From Octopus vulgaris (taxonomy: Eukaryota): 64,000 bases of DNA. The stretch covers positions 123,256,001-123,320,000 of the forward strand of contig OX597817.1 in the NCBI GenBank assembly GCA_951406725.2, in the 5' to 3' direction. Below are positions 53,278-64,000 of the stretch, one piece after another. The notes under the pieces were generated by a model, which was not told the origin of the DNA, did no database searches, and was given only the letters and a program-made list of their open reading frames with translations. Made by a program: the position numbers and the translations under genes. The number at the start of each line of letters is the position of its first letter. Position 1 is the stretch's first letter.

Positions 53278-54063
53278 ATGGAGAATTTAAAGAGGTACCA
53301 TGATAAATTGAATAAGGTTTAAAGCGAAAGTAGTGGCTGTGCTGAGAACATTGAAAATTCAGAAGTCAATTAATAATTGAAACAGTTAGTCAGCTAAGCA
53401 TATAATGAAATGCAGGTTTTAATGAAATAGAGAGAATAAGAGCGTAGCTAAAAGACAAGTGGTTGAAAGAATAATAATAATAATAATAATAATAGTAAAA
53501 CCAAAAGTAAAGGATGAAGTAAGGAAACAGCAGAGATCGGGAAAATGATAGGGAAATAATAATGGTAGAATGAGAAAGCGATATGTATGATAACGAAATG
53601 ACGTGTATGATAACAAAAGGTTTGTGGAAGACGTTGGAGAATAAACAAATTGATTTCGATTGAAAGAGAAAAAGGAAAAACGAACTACACACAAGCATAC
53701 GCACTCACGCACACACACACACACACACACATACAGTTAGACATGTAGGGAAGACACGAGAGTCAATAAATGAAATGCAGGAAAGTGAGGTAATCAAAGA
53801 GTAACATTTAGGAATTTATAAGACAAATCTTCAAATATACAAGAAAACAGGAATTGTTATTAAGGCATAGACTTCGAACTATGGAAGGAAGAGAGTTATT
53901 ATCAGCACGCGATGTAAATTCGAAAGCTGAAGACTTGAAAAGCGACATGAAACGCAAGAAGTAAATGGAGCAACCGATGGGGTAAAACATGTTATGAGTT
54001 ACTGGAAGGAGAAATGAAAACCCCGTCGTTTTTGAGGGGTTCTTCACTTATATTTATGCGGGT

Positions 54064-54153
<90 letters not shown>

Positions 54154-54162
54154 TTTTTTTTT

Positions 54163-54563
54163 TACTTGTTTCAGTCATTTGACTGCGGCCATGCTGGAGC
54201 ACCGCCTTTAGTCGAGCAAATCGACCCCGGGACTTATTCTTTGTAAGCCCAGTACTTATTCTATCGGTCTCTTTTGCCGAACTGCTGAGTGACCGGGACG
54301 TAAACACACCAGCATCGGTTGTCAAGCAATGCTAGGGGACAAACACAGACACACAAATATATACACATACATACATACATACATATATATATATATACAT
54401 ATATACGACAGGCTTCTTTCAGTTTCCGTGTACCAAATCCACTCACAAGGCATTGGTCGGCCCGGGGCTATAGCAGAAGACACTTGCCCAAGGTGCCACG
54501 CAGTGGACTGAACCCAGAACCATGTGGTTGGTTAGCAAGCTACTTACCACACAGCCACTCCTG
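54163..54563 (-). mobile_element. SINE family B (full length, young)
   Basis: Close match to 3147-3604. Confidence 0.92.
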
Positions 54564-54569
54564 TGTGTG

Positions 54570-54630
<61 letters not shown>

Positions 54631-54814
54631 GCTAATTCCTGAGGAGGATTACATTTGCATCATTCGCTAATTCCTGAATAGTGGGTAATAACCCTGAAAT
54701 ATTGAATGCAGGGTAAGTCACCATTAATTCATATGCCTGATTTCTTGTGATTTGCCTTGGATTTATTTCGGATTGTTCCAGCCTTACCCACGAATTTTAT
54801 ATAATATATGTATA

Positions 54815-55295
54815 TATTCTTTTTTATTCTTTTAATCGTTTATTTGCTTTTTGATTCAGTTATTTGACTGTGGCCATTCTGAAGCAGTGCTTTTAGTCGA
54901 AGAAATCGATGCCCCAAGACTTATATACATTGTAAGCCAAGTACTTAGTCTATCGGTCTCTTGTGCCGAAACACTAAGTTACGGGGGATTAAACATACCA
55001 ACATCGGCTGTCAAGCGAGCGTGGGAGCCAAGCTCAGACACATACACACACACAAATATATACATACATACATACTGACAAACAAACACACACACACAAA
55101 CAAACAAAACACACACACACACACACATATACGACGGACTTCTTTCAGCTTCCGTCTACCAAATTTCCTCACAAGGATTTGGTCAGCTCGAGGCTAAAAC
55201 AGAAGGCATTCTCCCAAGCTGCCATGCAGTGGAACTGAACTCGGAACCATGTAGTTAAGAAGCAAGATTCTTATCAAACAGCGATGCCGGCGCCA
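54815..55295 (-). mobile_element. SINE family B, diverged
   Basis: Same blocks: TTTGACTGTGGCCAT, CTATCGGTCTC, TTCCGTCTACCAAAT, GAACTCGGAACCATG. Confidence 0.8.
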
Positions 55296-55361
55296 GTTTA
55301 TGTGCGTGTGTATGCGTGTGTGTGCATGCGCGCGCGCATTTATACATAATATCCGGCTTTA

Positions 55362-55504
55362 TACTTTGAAGATAGCCACACCCTAATTGGAGGTTGATGA
55401 CTATTCAGTTACATAGATAGTAACAAGTAACATGAAATAGAAGATCTACCAAAATCTAATTGACGATGAAGATTTCTAACGCGGTGTGACGAAACATATA
55501 AGTA
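55362..55504 (+). ncRNA. Degenerate hammerhead-like motif with ~118-nt helix-II insert
   Basis: TACT-TTGAAGA-ta-GCCACACC...GGTGTGAC-GAAACATAT-A-AGTA. Helix I 4 bp, helix II 7/8 bp; the core has C3>U without compensation. Confidence 0.4.
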
Positions 55505-55964
55505 AACACACAAAGAATATGTAAAAACAAGTAAACGTCACTTCATAGGAGAACATATGAATTGGCTTACAGTTAGGTGGAATAGCAGTTCACGCACGGA
55601 GTGTAAATTTTAATCATCTTTAATAAAGTTCCAGTGCTGGAACGTAGTTGGGTGCTCTGGATATTGAGCTCGCGATCCTCAGATTTTTTAGGTTCGGTTC
55701 TCAGAATTGTAATACTTTGTGAGTTTGTCTTTGAGCAAGGCATTTCACTTTAATCCTTTCTGAAAGTCTGTCTCAGTGACACCATCCCCATTCAGAAAGG
55801 ATTCTTGCTTAAACACTGCGTAAGTAGACTAAACTGGTATTATACGTGTACATATAGGAAAGACGTAAACGCACACAACACACATATACATGCCATATAT
55901 ACATACACATACACATAAAAACATACATACAAATACACTATATATATATATATATATATAATAC

Positions 55965-55998
<34 letters not shown>

Positions 55999-56002
<4 letters not shown>

Positions 56003-56316
56003 CCTCGGGCCGACCAAAGCCTTGTGAGGGGATTTGGTAGACGGAATCTGAAAGAAGTCCGTCGTATATATGTATATATTTGTGTGTGTGTATATATCTT
56101 TGTGTGTCTGTGTTTGTCTCCCCAAAATCGCTTGACAACCGATGCTGGTGTGTTTACGTCCCCGTCACTTAGCGGTTCGGTAAAATAGACCGATAGAACA
56201 AGTACTAGGTTCACAAAGAATATGTCCTGGGTCCGATTTGCTTGACTAAAGGCGGTGCTCCAGCATGGCCACAGTCAAATGATTGAAACAAATAAAAGAG
56301 TAAAAGAGCAAAGAGA

Positions 56317-56317
<1 letters not shown>
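55999..56317 (+). mobile_element. SINE family B, head missing
   Basis: ATAGCCTCGGGCCGACCAAAGCCTTGTGAG...GGCGGTGCTCCAGCATGGCCACAGTCAAATG, with a (TAAAAGAG)n tail. Confidence 0.9.
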
Positions 56318-56365
<48 letters not shown>

Positions 56366-56499
56366 AGTTTGAACTTAAAAAATATAGTTAAATCTTACAC
56401 GTGATCTGAACTTTAATTGCCATATTAGAATTTTATAAATATTGACATTTTACAATCACGTTGAAGTTTTATCATTAGCTAAATAACATATCTATAGTT

Positions 56500-56617
56500 A
56501 AGAGATGAGGAGTTTTGTACATTATTTACATTATTTACTCCGTAATTGCCCACGGGCATATGGCGTAGTGGTTAAGATCGCGGGCCCTAAGATTCCGAGT
56601 TTGAATCCAGACAGTGA

Positions 56618-56686
<69 letters not shown>

Positions 56687-56838
56687 CAACAACAATATCA
56701 AAAAAACTTTAGGAATGAGAATCCAGGTTCGAAATTTCCACAAGACACCTGATGAAGGCTGGAGGGTATATCAGCCGAAACGTTGTGTTAACAACAAACA
56801 AGATGAGGACAAATATCAGTCAAATGTAAATAACGTAA
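56500..56838 (+). mobile_element. tRNA-headed SINE-like element with internal (AAT)n and a hammerhead-bearing, PLE-like tail
   Basis: GGGCATA-TGGCGTAGTGG (A box 56561) and GAGTTTGAATCC (B box 56597), (AAT)n 56622-56697, HHR 56744-56789. A 15-bp inverted repeat links 56518-56532 and 56823-56837. Confidence 0.75.
56744..56789 (+). ncRNA. Minimal type-I hammerhead ribozyme motif
   Basis: GACAC-CTGATGA-A-GGCTG gagggtatat CAGCC-GAAACGT-T-GTGTT. 5-bp helix I, 5-bp helix II, ACGU palindrome, predicted cut after 56784. Confidence 0.82.
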
Positions 56839-59587
56839 AGATGTTGTCGAGTATCAGCGCAAACAAGATATCTTTGATACTACTTAGTTGTCGCAATAAA
56901 TAACGTATTGGCTTAGAATCTACAGCAACAACACAAAGTGTTTAAAAGCGCTATTTGGTAATCCAATGTTTAAAATGAAGCCTAAAACAAAACAGAGAAC
57001 GTCTATATAGAGCAGTCCGACCTTCCTGAAAGAGTAGCTAAATATCCCTCAAATAATGTTTTATAACGAGAACATAACCTTCGATAGGGTAGTCATAATT
57101 ATGAAAACTCGAGGAATGGACGTCGTGGAGATAATTGGAAAGCCCTTAATCACAGACCTGCCTACTCAGTACTGAAACTGCTCGCATCAAAGACTACCAT
57201 CGGGTACATATCACCAAAAATTTCGAACTTTCTCGACATAATAAATATTACATCAAAGTCAAATCTGACTTGAGTATAAAATATAGCTGGCAGATCTATG
57301 ATTTCAAACATTATACAACCCTGATTGTACGTAAGTTTAATGGCAAAGGCATCCGCATTAAGCTCATCAATGTCAAAAGGACTGTAAAGTTATGAACAGC
57401 AATAAACATCTTTTTCATTTTTCTCCTCCTCCTCCCCCAATTAAAATTCACTGCTAATATTGTCAGGCATAATGGATCCTTGTAATTGAGAAAAGAATTG
57501 ATCTAGAACAAGTTGATAATCTTCATTGTCTCTATTATCATTATTAGGAAGTAAATATGATAGGCTGCAAATTAATAAACTTTTATGAAAGCGCAAATCA
57601 CACTATTTCCTTTCTCTTTATTACATCAATGGAAAAAGTTTGCAGAAACATTTTCTTTTATTTTTTAATTTAACTCATTTAAAACTTTTGCTAAATTTAG
57701 TCTTTCTTGTCACACAAAGTCATTGTATTACTATGCGTTTCTTTATTAGCTGGAATTCAACTATTTCCCGGTTAGTCTCTAGGTGTCTGATAGAATTAGG
57801 TGCATGATATGCTGCCAAAATTGATTAGTACTTTTTATTAATGAAAACCCATTTAAATTCAAATTCAAATTCGGATATTTCACATTATTGTTGGATTTTG
57901 CCGAAAGCATCATGGGAATTTTCTTTGTAGGAGTTCAATTACATGTAGCTATTGTAAATTATCCTATAAAGTTGAAGAAATGAGATATCATGAATTCAGT
58001 ACATCGTCTCGCACTGAAAGTTATTGAACAGTAAAGAAAACAATGATAGCTTGGTAGAATAAGCAGTGTAATTTAAACACCAATCTGAAATCTTTATCAC
58101 AATTTGAATAAAAAGACAAACTTTGAAAAATAAAAAAGAGGTAAGAAGGAAAATTTGTTGCCAATTTTCATTTATTTGATTATATTTATTTCTTTTTTGT
58201 GAGGTGGACGGGTAGGTGATTTTGCTTTTCTTCATTTGGCTAAATAATTAAGATGCAGTATTGAATAGAACCATCGCTTCTTTAGATCTTCATACAGTCA
58301 CCGTGCTGTATTGCTTTAGGTAATATACCTTATTTTATTGTATGCGTTTTGTTTTGTTTGCCTATATATCTGATGCGGAAGACGAAGAAAGACAAATTAT
58401 CGATATCAGTTTGTCAGTATAAGCGAGTCGTTGACATTCAGCCATAAACACCTGCTCAAGAATAGCAGATACAAATTATTGAGTTTGCAAACATATAAAA
58501 TCAATGGTAACAAAAACAAAAAGAAAAAATTAGATAATACATAAATTCCAAATAGAAATTTAAAAAAAAATCTAATTCAATTCGACATTAATAAAAAAAA
58601 TACAAAACTGTAAAATATACTAAAAACAAAATTCAAATGTAACATATACTATTGAATGCTAATAGTTGTGAAATAAAAGAAATTCTATACCATTTTCTTA
58701 GAAAAGCTAAAATAAGAACAATGATAACATATAATTTATAAACCAAACCTCTGATAGAATAACGCAGGAAAAATAAACGTTAAAAAACTGATTCCTTTTT
58801 ATATAAAAACAAAACAAAATACATGCAAAATATAACTAAAAATGCTTCAGTTTCACACTCCAAACAATTTTACTTATCGATTTTGAAGGTAGAGAAATGT
58901 TTTCTCAATCTACGGGTTAAAGTTTTGGGACTCATTTTCTCACAGCTTCCTATTATGTTATAAATCTTAAGACAGTACGCCCATACACAAAAATACAGGA
59001 ATCCTTACAGTTCAGTCCAAAACAATATATTTGTCTCTCAGCCTTCCTTCTGTAAGCACAATTCTGCTTGTTATGACAGTTCTGTCTCTCTTCCGTCGAA
59101 AGACTTTCACTGCTCATTTAATAACTTTTCTCCTTTTATGTGTCCTGTTTCTTTTAGCCGATAATACCGATTATTTACTACATCATTTTTTGTCAAGTCT
59201 GCTGATTTAGATATAAGTCAACTGTTTGAATGTTTCAAAATTTATAATGGTCCTGTCTCGTGGTACTAAAACACCCTGTCCAGGTCCCGTAGAGCCAAGC
59301 TGACCCAATACCTTTTTATCGTTTTGTGGTCCAGCTATGCAAATGGCTTCCGCACAACACCCCAAGAGATTACGTTTTAAACAGTAGAAGCAACCTCACC
59401 TCAGCCCTAGATTATCCCCTCTATTACCAACTCAACCATTTACATAGAAACACTGAAAAGACTTGTGTCTTCTTGTTCCATCTCAAGAATCACCAAACCA
59501 ACCGACCTCGTAATCTAACTCCAGTTTCACAGTTCAAAAATGAAGTATTTCACGTTCGCTCAAATTTCTAAATTCTGATGGTGTCAA

Positions 59588-59643
59588 TAATACATACTCC
59601 CACCACGTATGTATGTATGTATGTATGTATGTATGTATGTATG

Positions 59644-59672
<29 letters not shown>
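59588..59672. repeat. (ATGT)n tetranucleotide microsatellite
   Basis: Pure run from ~59607. Confidence 0.9.
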
Positions 59673-59674
<2 letters not shown>

Positions 59675-60269
59675 CTACAAACGCACACATACACACACAC
59701 ATCTTGTATGCATCGGCAAATAATCCTATGAGTATGCAACGGCAAATAATCCTATGAGTTCTTACAGACAATTCCTCCGGGAAAGCCGCTGCAAAACAAA
59801 GAGAAGCCGCTGAGTTTCTTTGAAGAATGGGAAATATAATAAGGATGGTTTCTAGAATGGCATGACAAATTTTAAATAACTGATAGACGGCATTCTCTCC
59901 CGCCAAGCACGTAACCCATTACTTGAAACAAAACCTTTCATCCCCACCTATCTCTTCTTGTCAATTTCGTATAAATTGTTACATATGTTTGTACATATAT
60001 ACATACATAAATACATACATACATATATATATATATATATGTGTGTGTGTGTATATGTATGTATGTATGTATGTATGCATATATCTATGTATATATGCGT
60101 ATACACATTAGACAAAGTTTTAGCATCAATAGCCTACTTATACGCAAACTACATGAAGTCATTTTCTTCACGAATGCTTAAACTTATAACTTGATCTTGA
60201 AATTATCCTGTTTGTAGTTTTTATTATTCCTAGCTATTGTAATTTCTCCCCCTTTTTCTCTTACTCCCC

Positions 60270-60340
<71 letters not shown>

Positions 60341-60541
60341 GTGTGTGTATGTATATATGTATGTATATATGTATACATATATCTAAATGTAAGTATAAGC
60401 ATGTTCGGAAAGTCAATATACAAAAAATATTAAATACTTTTAATACAAAAAAATGTGCATAGTTTACATATAAAAAGGTCCGACTTACACAAAATAGAAA
60501 TGATATCGAGAATTAAAGGGGTTGAATAAGAGTTTTACGAG

Positions 60542-60632
60542 TCCGACAGCTGTTTCTGTGGCCTCAGTGGTTCAAAATAGTTATTGTAAATTGATTCCAT
60601 CATCGGGTAACACCAGCCTCTGTCTTCAGGGA
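60542..60632 (-). ncRNA. Hammerhead motif with 66-nt helix-II region
   Basis: TCC-CTGAAGA-...-GAAACAGCTGT-C-GGA. Palindromic ACAGCTGT, GUC site, 3-bp helix I; the base of helix II is imperfect. Confidence 0.6.
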
Positions 60633-62809
60633 AGAATATTTCATTTGAGGTCATTTGAGGTCTTGGCGGAAAGGAGATTAAAGATTGAACGACTTTCTGA
60701 AGAACAAAGTGTATTAGAAAGAGGAGCTTTGAGGTATTTAGCTTCCCCAGACACTAAACCAGCGAACTTATTTCCCTCAAATAATAGGCATATTTACATA
60801 TGCAGGTTTGCATATTTATTTATATGTATATTCTCATACTGCTATATGCAGATATGTACAAGAAAAAATATATCTTTTATCTATTGTTTTAGTCACTGAA
60901 GAGCTTATCCCAGTTCTTATATTCTATATACTTGCACTATCGGTCTATTTTAACCGAGTTGCAATTTTACAAGAACCTAAACAAATTAACAACGCTTATC
61001 TAGCGGTGATGTGTGACAAACGCAAATACAGAGACACGCTAATATATACATATACACGCGCACACACATACACAAATACAGACATACATACATAATATTT
61101 GGTCGCGTTAGAAAGAGTTCTTAAGTGAACAAATGCCCGTGACTGGAATGTCAACATGCATCCTATATTGTCTTCATTGACCTAACTGTTTCTGACAGAT
61201 GCTAGCACAAGTTTTTTCAAATAAACATGAAAATTACCTCTGGACAAATTGTCTTTAAATGCCGCCCTGCTGCCTTAAAAATATTCACAGTACATTAAGT
61301 AATACAGTCATATGTTCATATATTACTGGGCCCTCGCTTGACTTGCAAAAATAGGGATCTCCATCTGGAAAATACTTTTGGAGTCACTGACCTGAGCAAC
61401 GATCGTTTATGTTTGCCGGTCTGCGATATCTAGGATATCTAGGGGTAACCGACGTTTACTCTAGGGAAAAAAATTAAACTATCATAGATTGGCATGAGTG
61501 ACGTTGGGTGGGTGGGGGGTTACCTTCAGAACATAGAGAGAAGGAATGGGAAGACATAACGCAAGGCACCTCTCTTCAATGTTCTAATAATTCCACCAAT
61601 CTAATGCCATGGGTTAGTCCTTTATTTATCAATCACCGAAAGGATGATAACTAGCTTTGATCTTGTTTGGATTTTATCATTCTATTTGACGTTCTACCGA
61701 CTCTACCAATTCAACTCCGTATCTGATTGAATATAGGATTCTTTAGTCCTAACTGTGATGATAACTCTATTTGATCGAGGATGACCAACAGTTAAACAGC
61801 TATTCTCATAATTATACTTCTTGTACGATTTGTCATAAAATTGAGTGTTTCAATTCTATTATCAATCTGATTTACTTAAAAACATTATCGACATGAAGGT
61901 GCCTTTTAAATTTATCCTGAAATTAACGGTGTTCTGTTAATTTCACTAAGTAGTAGCTTATTATCCACCGAAATATATGAAGCTGAGAATGTTTGTCTGG
62001 ATTCAGAGGTTTTGTGAAAGAGATAATATAGTCGACAGAATGAACCCCAGTATCGTACAAGCTCTTAATTTATCTACCGTAGAACGACGGAAACTAATGG
62101 TGATTTTCAATGAAATCTGAATTTATGACATGGAAATATTAGAATATATGCTATAGAGTATTTAGTCATGAGAGCTACACCTTTCCATATGAAACTAGTT
62201 ACGTTTCTTAAATATTTAAATATGAAAACTCAGATTTCTTGTTCACGAAGTTAACAACATATTAATGGCTAAAGTGTTGATATGTTACACACTAACACTG
62301 CAAGTACAGTAGACTGTTTATGGCTCAGGTACTTAATACCGGATATTTTATTACTTAATATGTCAAACATAGCACTATCTTAGTCATTTCCAGCATCCTA
62401 AAGTATTGCTAAATTTATAATATATCATTTTGTTGGCTATAAATTAGAAGTCATGTAGGAAACAGATGTACGGGTTGACATATATACATCGGCGTATTAA
62501 TCTTGAAATACATAAATCTGATCTGAGTAACAACTAATTTGCAAACCACCATTGAACAAAAAAGTTGTTTATCCATATCTGAAGTGTTAACATCTTCCAA
62601 CAAATGATGCAATGTTGCATTGATTGCTTTGGTATTCAAATGAGATACATAATTTATGATATCGTAGCCACAATAAAATATTTTCTGCAAAGTCATTCTT
62701 AAATTTTTCAATAGATGTTCTCTTTCATTGCTCACGTTATTGTAGCAGCCACAGTTGTTAATAAGAAATGACCTGATATAAAGTGAAGGCTTTATAATAT
62801 TAGGCTTCA

Positions 62810-63030
62810 TCGGGTTGATGAGCTGTCAGAAATGAAAGAGCGTCGGAAAAATTGCTTTACGGAAATGGTTCCGATCTGTTACGTTCTGAAATCAAACTCC
62901 GCAGAAGTTAACTTACGATTCATTCTTTCGAGATTGATAAAATAAATTGCCAATCAAATGCTGGGATGCATGATTTGGACAACACTCTTCTGTTCTAAAA
63001 AGTGCTGATATTGTGCTTAAATTCTAAAAA
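62810..63030 (+). mobile_element. SINE family A, degenerate
   Basis: GAGCTGTCAGAA...TTACGTTCTGAAATCAAACTCCGCAGAAG...TTCATTCTTTCGAGATTGATAAAAT. Confidence 0.65.
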
Positions 63031-64000
63031 CAATTATTGAAACTCCATCAGAATATTTGTGTGAACTAATGCTACTGTTTAGTTTAGAGCTCTACGTAGA
63101 TTATCATAATATGCTTCCAACATAGTGAAATATACGTTGCAACAAATCATTATAAACTTGTTCTCGTAATTTTCCCCAGCTCTCACTTTCTCTCTTAATA
63201 CACACACTCACGCACGCACACACACACACACACACAGGCACACACACACACACACACAGGCACACACACACAGGCACACACACTCACGCACACACACACA
63301 CATACACAGACTTTTAATTTCAGATGGCTTGACAAAAATAAACTTAACAATAGAGTTATGGAGCCAAATATATGCAAAAGCCCTAAACTGGTACTAATAG
63401 TAAAAAATAACTCTCTTACCTTACGAAAAGTGTACATGCCACTTTATTGACATTTGTGGCTCATAACTACTAATAAGCAAACTCTATAAATTTACATACA
63501 ACACACGGACCCAGAGACTTCCTCCGTTCCATAGTCGCTTCTTTAAATTAAATGGAATATTAACGTAAATAGAGTATCATTTGCTATTAAGTTTTGATTC
63601 ATATTAAATGAATTAAATTTTATCTTCTGTTAATGGTTTCGAATGAGCCTGTCGCTGGCTCATGGAATTTTTGACAGTGAGATATGCTAAGAAGCATCGG
63701 AAACTTGTAGCAAAATAAATATCTTAAGGGGCTTTATCGAAAGGCAATGGTTTTCCGTTTACCTAACCAATGAAAATCAGCAAAAGATATACCGATTCTT
63801 GTATACATTTCTTTCCATCTTTCCTCTACATGTGTATGTATAAATATGTGTATTTACACACAAGTATATTTACATACATATATACATGCGTCAATACACA
63901 CACTCACACTCAAACACACACACACACACACATGCATATATGTAAATATGTGATGGCTGAAACTCGATTATCAGCATTGGCACAACTTGACTATTTTCCT

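Noticed and set aside
62451-62810. 119-aa non-repetitive minus-strand ORF
   Set aside because: No recognisable motif or splice support, and it starts at the edge of a SINE; probably chance or a decayed transposon.

Overview
AT-rich eukaryotic intergenic or intronic DNA. The dense (TA)n, (CA)n, (AAT)n and (GAA)n microsatellites and the SINE families suggest an octopus-like cephalopod (inference). I cannot support any host protein-coding gene; most ORF-track entries are translated microsatellites. The window is a mosaic of transposon remnants: at least four tRNA-derived SINE families, R4/Dong-type LINE fragments in AAT tracts, a HERO/NeSL-like fragment, an RTE 3' end with a target-site duplication, Tc1/mariner elements, two Helitron pieces and Penelope-like element (PLE) ends. 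The main hidden signal is about 10 minimal type-I hammerhead-ribozyme (HHR) motifs, read by eye, in several unrelated short elements, most next to (TA)n. They include a tRNA-headed SINE with an HHR tail (56.5-56.8 kb), a ~300-bp near-perfect palindrome with two variant-core HHRs (44.8-45.1 kb), a 209-bp HHR mini-element inside (TA)n, and HHRs with very long helix-II inserts. Coordinates were counted by hand and element ends are approximate.
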